Source: Dudresnaya verticillata | Taxonomy: Eukaryota | Reading direction: 5' to 3' | Assembly: GCA_977862235.1 (NCBI GenBank) | Contig: OZ374558.1 | Location: 2,418,001-2,482,000, forward strand | Length of the DNA stretch: 64,000 nucleotides | Shown: in pieces, positions 39,127 to 52,035 of the stretch | How positions within the stretch are numbered: position 1 is the stretch's first letter | Layout: every line of letters starts with the position of its first letter | Notes under the pieces: model-generated | Databases searched by the model: none | Told to the model about the DNA's origin: nothing | What the model saw: only the letters and a program-made list of their open reading frames with translations | Made by a program: the position numbers and the translations under genes

Positions 39127-39600
39127 ATTACGTTGACTCCGCCAACACCGTCCATGTGGAGCAACAACGCGTGGTAGACGGAACACAAGCCGGCCTTGCC
39201 GAGGAACAACAACCAACTCCAGCTCTACAGCCACAACAACAACCAGCAACCCGAAACGTCGAGGACGATGGCAGCCGTTTAGCGCCTTAGAACATCGTCG
39301 ACGATTCCCCACCTGTAAGGGACTGTTGTCCCACATCTCACAGCAGTGCCGAATCTTCTTCGGCAGAGCCGTCTGATCAACATGGTAACTCCGAGACGTC
39401 ACCGGTGAGGCAAAGCCCGGTGAGACAAAGCCCAACGCGCCCTTCGCCCGCGGCGTCTCCTGCGTCCGCTCGGGTGGGTAATCCCACGATTCCCGGCGAC
39501 CGCATCCGAGAATTTGCTCCATCGAAGACGATGCGTTATTAGCACGATTCGCGGAGATGCTCGACAACAGTGTCGGGGGAACTGCAGCCGTCTATAGACG

Positions 39601-40349
39601 TTGGAGAAAGGTCGAGACGGAGCCCTACAAGGATTGCGAACTGACCTCGACCGTCTGATGACGAACCCGGGTACCAACGCCAAGCAACCCGCCACAGTAA
39701 CGATCAACTTGCAGTCCGAACTGAGTTCGCGCGAACGTTTTAATCGGCTGGCGACTCGTTTGGAAGGATTGGGAACCGTCGAGTGGCTTCAAGGACAACG
39801 ACCATTGTCTGAGGACGAAAGCGACGACGAAGACTGTCGCCGCCGTAAAGACCGCAAGCACCGCGACCAACGAAAGAAACGCCGAGGGCGAAAGAAGAAC
39901 CATCGACGACGTCACAGAGATTCCTCATCTTCCTCAGACTCGTCGAGTGACGGAGAATCTTCAGGTTCTTTGACGGATGAAGAAGAGTACCCAACCCACT
40001 GCGGAGCCGTAAGGCCACGCGGAAAACGGTTCAAGGGGTTGAGGGAGCTACGTCCCTCCAACCCCCTCTTCGATCAACTCTTGTCGTATCGTACTTACCG
40101 TTTAGCAGACTTCGGGCAAAAACGTTCCGGACGCGAAACACGGAAGGTCAATGACCACATCAAACGTCTGGAGTTGACGATATAGGACGCCGCCTTCACT
40201 GGCGACGACCCGGTCCTGATCCTCGAGTTCCTTACGCGTTTCGTGCACGAGGCCAACACGCTGGAAATCAGCGAAGCTCAAGCGTTCATAGCGTTACCAT
40301 ACTTCTTACGAGGTACGGCGTCAACGCAATTCCGTTCCCTCAAGTCGAC
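39601..40349 (+). pseudogene. Truncated Gypsy gag of element A, interrupted by the LTR of element B
   Basis: ...GLRELRPSNPLFDQLLSYRTYRL...KRLELTI*DAAFTGDDPVLILEFLTRFVHEANTLEISEAQAFIALPYFLRGTASTQF aligns by eye with element B gag (LSTLVPEFAKAIDYRSYRL...YDSKESIRLLGVL...GLSEGAAA*VVSWFLDGTASQVY). Confidence 0.75.
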
Positions 40350-41098
40350 TGTGGCATAGCTGTAAGACCAGCTGTGCCACGCACGCGCAGCTGTAAGACC
40401 AGCTGCGCCACGTGTGCACTGCTGTGAGCACGCTGTCAGCCGGTGGCGCCGAAGCCCCGCTGAACTATAAGGAAGTGCGCAGTGGCGCCCGCGTGTGCAC
40501 GCGTACGCGTGTGACACTGAAACTCCCATTTAAGTTCTACGTTTATTGTTTTGTAGTGTACATCACCGTCTAGTGTAAGCGGCGGTACGCCCTGCTGTCC
40601 TGCGCGCTGCGTGCACGCACTCCGGCGCAGAGCCGTTGAGTGCGTGACACGCGCGTGCGCACTCCGGCGTCGAACCGTTGAGTATGTGTGGACCGTTTCG
40701 CCCACGCGCGCCCCCGGGTTACCGTTACCCGTACGCATTGACGCATGTTGGGGCGCGCCGGCGCACCTCCCGGGTTGGTGCCGCCGCAGGCCCTGTATTA
40801 TATCTAGTAGTCGCCCCTCTGGGCTTCAGTAAACCAGGCAAGCCAGCCTACGCCAGGATTGCCCTTTCTGCTTTGGGTTTCTTTCCCAGTCCTTCGTCCT
40901 ACGGCTTCCCTCTTTCCCTAGCCGCCTAGGCTTTCCTTCTCCTTTCCCTACCTTCGGCTTCGTGCCGCCAGACGACGGGGACGCAGGGATCCGGCCGCTG
41001 CCGCCCGCGTACGGTACACCCCGTGCGCGCTCAGGCTTCGACGCCGTTGATCCGCGACCGTCGACGGCGCGCGCGGCCGACACCGCCGCTCTACCACA
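40350..41098 (+). repeat. 5' LTR of element B (749 bp)
   Basis: Starts TGTGGCATAGC and ends GCTCTACCACA (9/11 inverted match). It begins exactly where gag A breaks off and contains an internal duplication AGCTGTAAGACCAGCTG. Confidence 0.7.
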
Positions 41099-41247
41099 GC
41101 TACCACCCTTCGACGGGTCTGGATGCGACTGATCGACCAGCGCAGCTAGATGTCAGTTCGACCTGACGTCTATACGACACTGGTCTCCCGACCTAGAAGT
41201 CGCAGAAGACCCTATCACCTCTCGCGTCGACGCGATAGAGGCCAAGA

Positions 41248-43666
41248 ATGCCGCCGCTACCTACTTCGGCCGCTGCCGGCTCGGCAGACGCCGCGGCAGG
41301 TGAAGTTGGCGGTCGATGCACTTCCTTACTGAGTAACGTCGGCGTCTCAGGAGCTCCCCTGGAGGAACCGCGCATCGAGCGCAGGGCGGCTTTAGCCAAG
41401 GCCCTAGGAGGGACAACGGTCTCTGCGACCAACCTCCAGCTACTCTACGAGGAGACGATGGACTCACTTTCGGAAGTGTACGATACCTTCATGGCCTCAG
41501 TCGCAGACGAGCGGGCACAAGGTCAACGTGACCTAGAGTCGCTTTGACGCGGAACTCTCGCCTCCGTCGAGGAAGGATTAACCCGAACCCAAGGGCTCCT
41601 CTACGAGCTACGCCAACGCGTTGAGTTGATTGAGCACGCACCGGCGCGGTATGACCGGCGGGCGCCTAGCCCGTCGCCGGTGCGGAGCCGTCCTCCGCGA
41701 TCGCCGTCTCAAGCGGATCCGGTTTGCTAACTGGCCAAAGCCCTCCTCGCTGAGCGTCGTGCTCAGCGAAACCCCTCTTCTCCACCGGCCTCTCCGCCTA
41801 GGAGTTGGCAAGGGTCCCCTCGCCCTACAAGAGATGACGACCCCTTCTACGGGGTCGACCCCAAGCTACTGCAACGCGCCCTCGACGGGCGCGGAGTTGG
41901 AAGGGCGTCTAGCCCCTCACCACACGAAGGTCCCGTGTCGGCCTACTGGCACTGGTGGCCATTGATGCCGGGCGTCGAGCCGCTGAGCACCTTGGTCCCC
42001 GAATTCGCAAAAGCGATCGACTACCGCTCCTATCGTCTAGACGACATAAGACAGCCGGACAATCAGCAGCAAGTCTGCAATGGCAACACCGCCAAGATTG
42101 TCAGCCGGATGAAGGCTCTCATGCCGCGGCTAGATCGCTACGACAGCAAGGAGTCCATCCGCTTGCTTGGCGTGCTTAGACAGCTACGCCAAGCCTTCAA
42201 CGGCGTCGGCCTGTCGGAAGGCGCAGCGGCGTGAGTGGTGTCCTGGTTCCTAGACGGAACGGCATCCCAGGTGTATTCGAGTCACCTTTTCTCGGGGGTC
42301 CGGAGGACTAGTCGCGGCAACCCCCGTGCTGGGCCTCGGTGGTCAATACCCTCGTCGCGAGGTTCGTCACCGACGACGTGATCTCCGACGCGCACGACCG
42401 ACTGACCACCGCCCGGCAGCGGGACGCCGAGTCAGAACTCGAGTTCGCCTCTCGTCTAGAGGGCTACGCAGATGACTGTGCCGGCGTCTATTCCGACGAG
42501 AACCTGACGCACCAGTTCCTGCGTGGTCTGCTTCCGACCACCAGACCCGCAGTAGCGGAGAAGGTAAGGTAGTTGCCGATGGTCGAGCAGACCAACTTCA
42601 GTACCGTTCGTCGGATCGCCCACAGTGAGGGCACAACCTACCGCGCCGCATGGCCAAGGCGTCGACGCCGGCCATCGTTTCGGGGCACGGTAGGGGAAGC
42701 AGTTCGCCAAGTGACCGCACACTGCTTATCGAGGCGCCACACACACCCGATAGGGAAGCAGCCTTCGACGGCACGATGTTGGTGGCGCCCGATGACGATG
42801 GTTTCGAACCCATCATGGTCGTGCCCGCGCTGTCGACAGCCGGGGCGGCGCAAGCCCAGGAGACCCTCGACATATCAGGACGCATCGACGCCGCCCTGCC
42901 GAGGAGGACCCCTGCGCTCACGCCGGCGCAGGAGGCAATGGCCCGCGCTGTCACCCCTGATCGACAGGGGTGGTACATCTGCTGGTTCTGCCGAGAATTT
43001 GGGCACATCATGTACTTGTGCCCATTCTTGACTAAGGAACAGCAGTTGCACTGCGCGTATGCGAACTTCAACCATAGACTGGAGACGCAGCCGCATGCGC
43101 GCAACAACTTGCAGCAGCTCATCGACGAGTGCATGCCGGCAGGCGCCAAGGCAAGTTACCCCGCAAGACGCTTCGACGCGCAGCGGGGTGGGGCCCGACG
43201 CTTCGACGCGAGAGCTCCCCCGCAGCGCTTCGACGCGCAAAGGTATCGCGGGGAGCCGCGACAGTACCGCGGGGATCTTCGAGATCCACGCCGCGAATAC
43301 CGAAGGGCAGACGTCCCGCGGTTCCTCACTCGCGACGAGCGGGTCGGGTTTGACGACCAAGCCGGTCACCAACCTCGGGCGTCGACGCCCTCGAGGCCCG
43401 ACCCGCAGCGCGAACTGCTTCGGGCAGTGATGACTGTGCAGGAGCACACCGGGCTAGCAGCTGACGAGTGGCTCCCGCGAGCGCTCGACGCGCAGAGCAA
43501 GGGCGAGTCCGCCCGGGGGCAGGTTGAGCAGCCCCCGCTCCTTTTTGACACGCCGCCGCGATCGAAGCGAGGCGCCGGCCCGGCCCCTAGCCAGCCAACG
43601 GGATCCGAGGAAGATAGCTCGGATTCCGAAAATAATTTTGACCGGGTCGAACCGGAAAAAGAGTAA
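41248..43666 (+). pseudogene. gag: gag of element B (in-frame stops and frameshifts)
   Basis: Retrotransposon gag motifs ARQRDAESELEFASRL...FLRGL and zinc knuckle CWFCREFGHIMYLC. Stops at ~41545, ~41727, ~42232 and ~42570, and frameshifts near 42330 and 42650. Confidence 0.85.
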
Positions 43667-43907
43667 AGGCGGCGCCGTTCGTGCGGTCGCGCGCACCGTC
43701 TCTCTCTACCCCAGACCCACCATCCTCCGCCAAGCCTTCTACGGCAGGTAGGACGTCGAGTCTCAACCAACGAAGGACCCCCTCACCAAGCAGCGCTAGG
43801 GGCCCCTACGCGGAGAAGCGTCGAAAGCCACGCGCTCCAGGCCACCTTGGCCCCCGCGGCGTCGACGCAAGCGACAGGCTCGACGCCGAGCCCGTAGGGG
43901 TCCGTCA

Positions 43908-46007
43908 ATGGATCCCGAGGTACCCTCCGCTCGACGCGAAGGTGCCATGGCTCACTGCGTCAACGCGGAGCCGGCCACTACCCCAGACGGGTATGTGTGC
44001 CTCTTGTCCTCGGAGATATACCGCGTGTCTGGATCGCTAGGTGCTGACCCAGGGGTAATGATACCCCACACCATTGCGGTGGACACCGGCTCCAGGTACA
44101 ACCTAATCGCGAAGCGGGCACTGCCGCCCGGATGGGATCAGCACGCGGCGGCGATGGAGTCGACTCCTCGCCTCGCCGGGGCTGATAAGACCCCACTGAG
44201 CCTATCAGGGGTGGCGCACCTCTCGATGAGGTTGGGGAACACGACGTTCCGCGTTCCATTCATAGTGGCAGACACCTTAGGCGTCGACGCCCTGGTGGGA
44301 ACGCAGTTCCTCAATGCGCACGTGCGAGGCATCGACGTCGAATCGAAGCGCCTATCGCTCCGACGCGGGGGCTCGGTGCCCCTCCTCAAGCACAGTAGAC
44401 CTGCCGAGGACCGCAAGCCGGCATCGAAGCCGAAGAACCCGTCGACGGGTTTGTCGAGGAAGCACCAGAGGGAGCTCCTCGACTGGGATCACGACACCCA
44501 CACCATCCGTCTCTCTAGGCAGATGGTGCTCCCAGCCTATTCCCAAAGGCTAGCCTCCGTGACGTCAGGAGCAAGTGGGCTGATCCACACCGAAACCAAA
44601 CCCTCGTTGCAGTTCCGCCACGGCGTGAGACTTACCAACGGGGTGCACGACGTCGAGTCGATGCGACCCTTCGGGGTCATCGTCGGGAACTTCACCGACA
44701 AGCTTCGGACCCTGCCTAAGGGTACCGTTGTCGGCTACGCGGTTAGGAACCCGGTGGCGCTGATAACGCCAGACCGCAAAGTCGCGGAGGAGTTCGGGCG
44801 GGTGATGAACATCACCACCCTACCACCACGGGGGCAGAGGCCAATCAGGGTCAATCAGGGTGCCGTGGAACCATCCACCTCTCCGCCGCCGGCGAAGGGC
44901 ACCGACGCCCAGCCGCTGCTGGGTGCAGCTACCGCCGCAGCGAAGGCCAACCCGTCCGTCGAGGACTGGGAGGCGCCGGTCGATCTCTCGCCCATCGAAG
45001 ACGAGGTGACCCGCAAGGAGGTCCTCTCCATGCTCAGGAAGCATCAGTCCATGTGGGACGGGAGGCTGGGCACTATTGCCGCCACCCGACACCACATCGA
45101 CGTGGAACGGGGCACTCGCCCCATCCACTCTATGCCCTACCGACAGGGCCCTGCCATGCGCAAGCTGGTGCAGGACGAGGTGGATAACATGCTTCGTGCA
45201 GGGGTTATCGAACCCGCCATCTCGGAATGGGCATCGCCAGTAGTCCTGGCGCCCAAGAAGGACGGCACAATTAGGTTTTGCGTGGACTATCGACGTCTCA
45301 ACACGAAAACTCTAAGTGATGCGTACCCTCTACCGAGGATGGACGACTGCATCGACAGTCTAGGCGACGCAGCCGTCTTCTCGACGTTGGACTGCAACGC
45401 GGGGTACTGGAAAATCCCTGTCGCAGAGGCTGACAGGGATAAGACCACGTTCACTTCGTTCTTAGGGACGTTTCGCTACTTACGAATGCCCTTCGGGCTG
45501 AAGAACGCCCCCGCGACTTTCCAGCGCGCACTGGACATCATCCTCAGCGGAGTCCGATGGCAGTGTTGCCTGATCTATCTAGACGATGTGATCATTTTCT
45601 CGCGGTCGATCGCGGAGCACGTTGGTCATCTAGACCAAGTGCTGACTCTGTTGCACAAGGGAGGAGTATCCCTGAAACTGAATAATTGCCACTTCTTTCA
45701 GTCGCGCGTTGGCTATCTAGGCCACGTCATAGAACCGGGGAAGATACGCATGGCGCAGACAAGCAGCGACGCTTTCCGACATGCGCAGTTCCCTACCTCC
45801 CTGACGAAGGTCAGGTCGTTCCGCGGCGCGTGCAATGTCTATCGCCGCTTCGTGCGCAACTTTGCGAAGATCGCGCGTCCTCTGACGAACATGACCCGCA
45901 AAGACGCGGATGTGGATTTCTACAATCCAAGCGCCGACGCGCTCGAGGCATATGAGACGCTCAGAGCGAAGCTCATATCGCCCCCTACGGTTACCCAAGA
46001 CGGGTAG
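43908..46007 (+). pseudogene. pol: pol of element B: aspartic protease and reverse transcriptase
   Basis: AVDTGS protease site. RT motifs WASPVVLAPKKDGTIRFCVDYRRLN, LDCNAGYW, MPFGLKNAPATFQR, YLDD and YLGH. Frameshift before RNase H. Confidence 0.95.
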
Positions 46008-46009
46008 AT

Positions 46010-46375
46010 CCTACGTCCTCGATACGGACGCATCGGCTTATCAGCTCGGATGCGCCCTACTGCAGGAGGAGGAGGACGGCCAGCTACACCCAGTCAGGTA
46101 CTGGTCCTACTCGCTCAACTCGGCGGAGCGCAATTACTCCGCCACTGAGCGCGAGTGCTTCGCAGTGGTGTGGTCGATCACAACCCTGCGGCCCTAAATC
46201 GAAGGCACGCGATTCACGGTTCGAACCGATCACGATGCGCTTCGATGGCTGATGTCGCTGACCGACTCTTCGGGTCGACTGACCCGGTGGCACCTGCGGC
46301 TCGCGGAATTCGATTTCCAGATCGAGTACCGCCCCGGGCGGGTACACCAAGTCCCGGATGCCCTATCCCGCTTGT
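46010..46375 (+). pseudogene. pol: RNase H domain of element B pol
   Basis: LDTDASAYQLGCALLQ...AERNYSATERECFAVVW...(stop)...TDHDALRWL...[22 protein letters not shown]...DALSR. Confidence 0.93.
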
Positions 46376-46727
46376 TTCGGCCCCAGCGGAAACAGGAGGA
46401 GGTTGACGACGACGTCCCTACCTTTGACCCCCCGGCGATCGACCTCCCGCAAGGGGAGTCCTCGGCTGAGACGCCGATGGCACGTTCGGGTACAGAACCC
46501 GCGTCTCGCGCCTTGGTAACCACACGCTCGCGGGCCAACGCATCTACGCGTTCGGCCCCAGCGCAGCCCGTCCCGAAGCCAGTCCGGGGAAGCAGCACCG
46601 GCACCGCGCCCAAGACGGTCATGGCGGACAAACCCCGGACTTGGCCGACTAAGCGGCGTGTGACGACACCGACGAAGTCGACCTCTTCGATCTCCTCCGC
46701 GTCGACGCGGGAGACGAGCCATCGGAT

Positions 46728-48222
46728 TTGACGTCCGTGGAGCCAGTGAAGCTCCCTTCACCTATTTCCGTCGAGGAATTTGTGGACGCGCAGCGGCACG
46801 ACTCCTTCTGCCAGACCGTACTGGCCAGGCAGTCCCGTCGATGGGATAGCCACTTTTACGAGGACGGGGATGGGCTTCTATGCCGCCATCATCCGGTCAT
46901 AGCTTCGCTAGACCAGATAGTGGTGCCCAAGTCGTTACAGCCTCGGCTGCTCACGCTCGCGCACCACTCCCTCCTCGCGGGCCACCCAGGGCAGAACAAG
47001 ATGTTCTATTCCCTGCGTGAGACCTACTACTGGCCGCATATGGCGGCCAGAATCGCCATGACAGTAAGAAACTGCAGGCACTGTGCCCGTAATCGCATTC
47101 GACTGCGAAGACACCTTCATAGACTGAAGCTGTTACTGGCCACCAGGCCGCTGGAATCCGTCGCTATCGACATACTGGGCCCCTTGCCCAAGACCAAGTC
47201 TGGTCACAAATTCCTCGTCGTCATGACGGACCGCTTTACTAATCTGACGCAAGTCGCGCCTCTGCGCACCATTACGGCTTACAACGTCGCAGTTGTCTTC
47301 TGTGAACAGTGGGTCTTCCATTACGGGCCCCCTAGGTCCTTGCTTTCCGATAACGGAAAGCAGTTCACATCGAAGTTCTTCCAAGCCGTCTGCCGGTATT
47401 TGGGTTTGAACAACGTGTTCACCTCCGCGTATCACCCCCAGTCGAATGGGCAGGCTGAACGCTACAACCGGACCCTCATGGCCATTTTGAGGAACTACGT
47501 CAACGATCACCAAAACGATTGGGATCGATACGCCTCTGCGTTGACGTATTCCTACAACTGTCACGTGCACCGCTCGACGCGGAAGACGCCCTTCAGCTTA
47601 GCGCTGTCACGGCCTCCGCCGGAATTTACTAAGTTTCACTCGGCAGTCGACCGCCCGAAACCTAGTGAGGATGTCCAAACGGACTTCCTCAAGCGGTCAG
47701 ACACCGCTATGGGCCTGGCTTCTGCCGCCCTGGCCAAAACGCAGAGGCGTTACAAAAAGGACTTTGACCGACGGGTCCGGAAGGTCAACTCCCGCATCAA
47801 GGCCGGGGACTATGTCTTCATCGACGCAACAGACGGGGCGACGAAACCACTGAAGTTGCAGAGCCCGGCCATCGGGTCTTATGGCGTGCTGCTCAACGAC
47901 GAGCGCACGTTGTTTATCGACAGAGACGGCCTGGTCGAACGCATCGCAGCGGACCGAGCCGTCTTCTGTCCCCCGCTTCTGCGGGAAGACACCGCGCGTC
48001 GAAGCGTGTACTTGCCCACCGCCGACGATCTCGCGTCCAAGGCCGTCGACGGCCCGCGGTTCGTGGTGGACAAGGTACTTGACCATTGCACGGCCAAAGA
48101 CGGCACGCTGCTCTTCCAGGTCAAGTGTGTAGACCGGCTACTCTAAGCCGACTTGGGAACCTCGATCCCATTTGCCGGAGGAGATGGTGAGCCAATACTT
48201 CCGCGCGCAGAAGCGTCGGAGG
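46728..48222 (+). pseudogene. pol: Integrase with C-terminal chromodomain (element B)
   Basis: HHCC (AHH..GHPG...CRHC) and catalytic DILGP / SDNG / GQAERYN. Chromodomain FVVDKVLDH...LLFQVK continues after a frameshift as PTWEPRSHLPEEMVSQYF (48060-48222). Confidence 0.92.
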
Positions 48223-49740
48223 GGCTCTGGGCTCGACGCCCCATCCTCTTCACTCACCCCCTCGGGGGGAGCCTCGTGCTTAAGGAGGGGCCCCAGGCAT
48301 TCTTGGCCTGTTATTGCCAACATCCAGGCATCCTTTGCCTTTTTCCCAGCGACGGGAACACGTGGGGCCTAAGCCCCACGGCAAAGGCATGAATTGCGGC
48401 TGCCTAAGCCGGCGGCCCAAGCCGAAAGCACCCCGCGCCAATGGCAGAGGCCAAGGAGCAGGGGTTCTCTGCGAACTGCGCATCGCAGGGACGATGGGCA
48501 CGACGCCTTTCGCCACTACCGGCTCGACGCCCGGCAGTAGCGACGTCCCGCTACGCGGAAGACAACCCGCACCGTCTGGGGTTGTCTGACTAACGCCGAT
48601 GCGAAGCCGCGCACAGGTGGCGAAGGGCAGGCGTCGACGCCCCCTTCTCCACCGCCACGCAGCAGAAGCCCAGGCAAAAACGAGAGCACGCGCACGCCGA
48701 GTCGACTCGGACGGAGGGCCTTTGCCATATGCGCATGCGAAACGAGCGTCGAAGCTCGACGCGACCCGGCTGGAGAAGCCACTGAGCCATCCAAGCCGAA
48801 GCGCCACCGACGTCGACGTCAAGTGGCAGCTGCACGCAGATGGCGGAGGGCAGGCGTCGACGCCCCCTTCACCAACACCGCGCTGTGCAGCCGCACGTAA
48901 TCTGCGGCCAACACCCACCGCTCTGGCGCCTAGCCGGGCGAGGTGCCAACGCGCACAGCCCCCACGTCGATGTGGGGCGCCAGAGCCAAGAAGGCCGGCG
49001 TCCGTCGAGTTGCACCGCTGCGCTTCGACGCGTGAGCGGCACAACCACCTCAACGATGGGAAGGCCGAGGGCACCGCGGCAGACGACCGGCCCCTGCCAA
49101 ATACAGGCGCGCGCTTACCCACATTTGGGACGCGTGGGCCCCACAAGCGCAGAGGCGCAGATTTGTGTTCAGGCTACAGTGTCTACTGTAGCCGAAACAC
49201 AAATAATTGGGAACTCCCAATGGGGTTCGACACCCCCGGGCCTCTGCCCACTCACCCAGGGGCATCGACGCCCCTGGCCTTGGGTTGGCTGCGCAAGCCA
49301 CCGCCACGCTCTTGGCTACTCCCCGGATCGGACCGCGTCGACGCGGTCCCCTCCGGCGCGCGAAGCCGCGACGCCACCACTAGGGGCACCCGCTCCGCGC
49401 TGGCGCTCCGCATCGACGCGGCGTTGCGCGCGCTGGCAGTCCCCTGTGCGGCGTCGACGCCAGCACTGCGGACCGCCACCCGCTTCGACGCGGGTCAGGC
49501 ACAATGGCACCCATAGTGAGGTGGGGCGTCGAAGCTCCACCACCTGCTACAGCGAGCATAGCTCGCACGCAGCCGCGCGGTCGAAGGCGCAGCTGTTGAA
49601 AACGCGTCGACGCGGACCGAAGTCTTCGCCCACCCCTTGCCCTTTAATGAACCAGACACGCAGAGGCGGTCTTAAAACTAGCGAGGCGATCGACCGCCTC
49701 GAACTAGGATGCTTCTATAGCATAAGCCACTACGGCATAA

Positions 49741-51858
49741 CTACGGGGCGGCCTCGCCCCCAGGACCCACGCCGGGAAAGGCGGGCGCAGAGCCCGCTGC
49801 CCCCGGCGCCGCGGGCACGTAGCCCTCAACCACAGTTGTGGTTGCCGCTGGCGCTGGTGGAAGACCCCCGGCGGGAAGCGGAGGCGCCGAGCCTCCGTAC
49901 GCCACTGGGCCCCCACCTATGGGAGCCGCAGGGCGGTAAGGGCCCATCGACGGGCCCCTCACTTGCGGAAGAACCGCTTGCTGTGTCACGACGCCTGCAG
50001 CACTGGACGGCGCGCCTGCGCCGCCCTGAGCGCCTGGGTACATAAGTTGCCCGGCGCCTTGCCAAGGGGCAACCGGGCCAGAAGGGTCCGGAGCGTACGA
50101 CTGCATCGGCTGCATCGACGCATACCCCGTCGGGGGCGGCTGGTACTCCTCACGCAGCCTTTTGCGCGCCGGCGCATAAGACATGCGCTGGACTTCCCTG
50201 CGGAGCCTCTGCACCTCGCGGGCAAAGCCGTCCCGCTCGTCGCGGTATCGAACCGCTACGGCATTGGAGGCGTTGACGTCCTCCTGCAGCGCCACTGCAC
50301 TCAATTCCAGGGCCTACAGGAGCGTGCGTGTCGATACGCCTTGCCCGACGCGCGCCAAGGAGGGCGCGCTGCGTACAGTCAGATCGGCCCAGACTGCCGC
50401 ACTCACCGCCTCGTCCAGCGGATCGACCACTGGAGGGGGTGGGACATAAGCCACCGCCGGCGACCCAAACGGGGCCGGCGGGGGCTGGTACACCTCAACG
50501 GCAGCGGCCGGAGGGGCGCGGGCCGTCGACGGCCCCGCAGCAGCCGGTCCGCCGACTGCCGCAGGGGCGGCTGGCGCACGACGGGCGGACGCCCTTGGGG
50601 GCGGCGGGATGTACGATTCGGTCTCCGCCGCCATGACGGCCGCGGCTGACCCAGGGTTAGCACCCACGCCACGACGGCGACGACCGGCGCGCTCAGCGCG
50701 GGCCATGTCGGCCATCGAGACGAACCCGGAGCGCTCGACGCGCTCCCGGCGGTCGCGCGTGCCACGGTTGCGCTGGATCTTATAGAGAGCCCCTGTCTCT
50801 GGCAAAAAGCCACACACGAACGCGTCGACGTGTGAAGAGAAGTGACGCCTCCGCGTGTGCTTCTCGGTTGCCGCTGTAACTCAGCGGACTACGCCGAGCA
50901 GCTTGCCGAACCCAAAGGACTTGCTATCCGAAGGACGGAGCAAGTCTGGGAAACACGGCCTCTCGCTTGACCAGCCGGTCGCGAGAAAATTGATCAGGCG
51001 GTCGTCGAAGACCCATCCTCTCCCCTTCGCGAGGAGCTCGCTGCAGTAGCGGCGGCCCACCTCGAAGGAGTATTCATCTGAGCACCTAGCCAGGAGCTCA
51101 CGACGAGCAGCTACGCGACCAACCGTCGCGTAGTGGAAATACCGGTCTACGGTTGTCCACGGGATAGTGAATCCCGATGGCGTGTCACGGTGGGAGTACC
51201 ACTCCACCGATGGGAACCAGGCCGCGTCGAGCGCCGGGTGTAACGTCCATCCCTTTGACGGGCGTCCTTCGCCCGGGGCCTTGCACACATCCCAGTCCCG
51301 CTCCCCGAAGCACACCCCAAAGAGGCGGCGCGCAGAGTCTGCATCGGCCACACGATGCGCGAGATCCACGGGCTCGTCGACGGGCATCGTGCGCATCTCT
51401 GGGATGGTGGCGGGTAGGGGCGGGGCCCACTCATCGGCGGGTGTCAGGAAGAGGGCATCGGCTGCCCTGTCCACCCTCCGAAGCTCCTCAAGGGAGGCGA
51501 CGTAAGAAACGTCGCAGGGTACCCCCAACGGCGTGAGTCAGACTATGGCGTCCGCCGGGAGGAAAGCGGCATAGGCTGCCGTCCCTCCGTCCACGCTCGC
51601 ATGGGCCACCCTCAGCAGCCGCCGGACGTCTGCCCGAGGCTCCTGCAGCCCGCGTCACTGATCCAGCGGGATCTGGTGGCGTGGCGCCCCCCAGGCGAAG
51701 ACCGTCTCGGTCGGGGGCGCGTGCTGTCCAGGGGGCGCCTGGCCCATGAGGGGCGGTCCGACTGCGACCGACACCCTAACAAGAGGTACGACGGGCGCAG
51801 CGGTGGACTCACCCACGCCCACGGCCTCCCCCTCTGCGTTGGCGTTGGTTGAGCCCCG
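49741..51858 (-). pseudogene. Long antisense accessory ORF of element B (~700 codons in one frame, 4 internal stops)
   Basis: ORFs 50881..51528, 50314..50817 and 49741..50304 share one frame. Manual translation shows only single stops at 51655-57, 51538-40, 50881-83 and 50314-16. It has a W-rich core, a coiled-coil-like stretch (RDERDGFAREVQRLRREVQR) and a Pro/Ala-rich tail. Confidence 0.65.
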
Positions 51859-52035
51859 TCAAAGACGCACGTTCAGCTGCCCATCCGCCTTTGCCGTAGG
51901 AACAATTCCCGCCGAAGACGTGTTGTTGACTAACTTCGCCAGTGGCGTGCGTGAAACCCCGTCGTTGACGTCGTATCTGTCCACGCGTGCGTGCGCTTAT
52001 CGCCTAGGGCGTTTCTTTGAGGTCCGCCTTCGGCG

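Larger units (their letters stand above)
40350..51860 (+). mobile_element. Ty3/Gypsy chromodomain-containing LTR retrotransposon (element B), decayed, 3' LTR missing
   Basis: Order is 5' LTR, gag with CCHC, PR-RT-RH-INT-chromodomain, then a GC-rich 3' region with an antisense ORF. The 3' boundary is approximate (composition shift near 51860). Confidence 0.88.

Noticed and set aside
48280..50045. Long ORFs 48280..49146 (-), 48599..49516 (+) and 48840..50045 (+)
   Set aside because: Mutually overlapping, Arg/Pro/Ala-rich and without motifs, as expected from high GC content.
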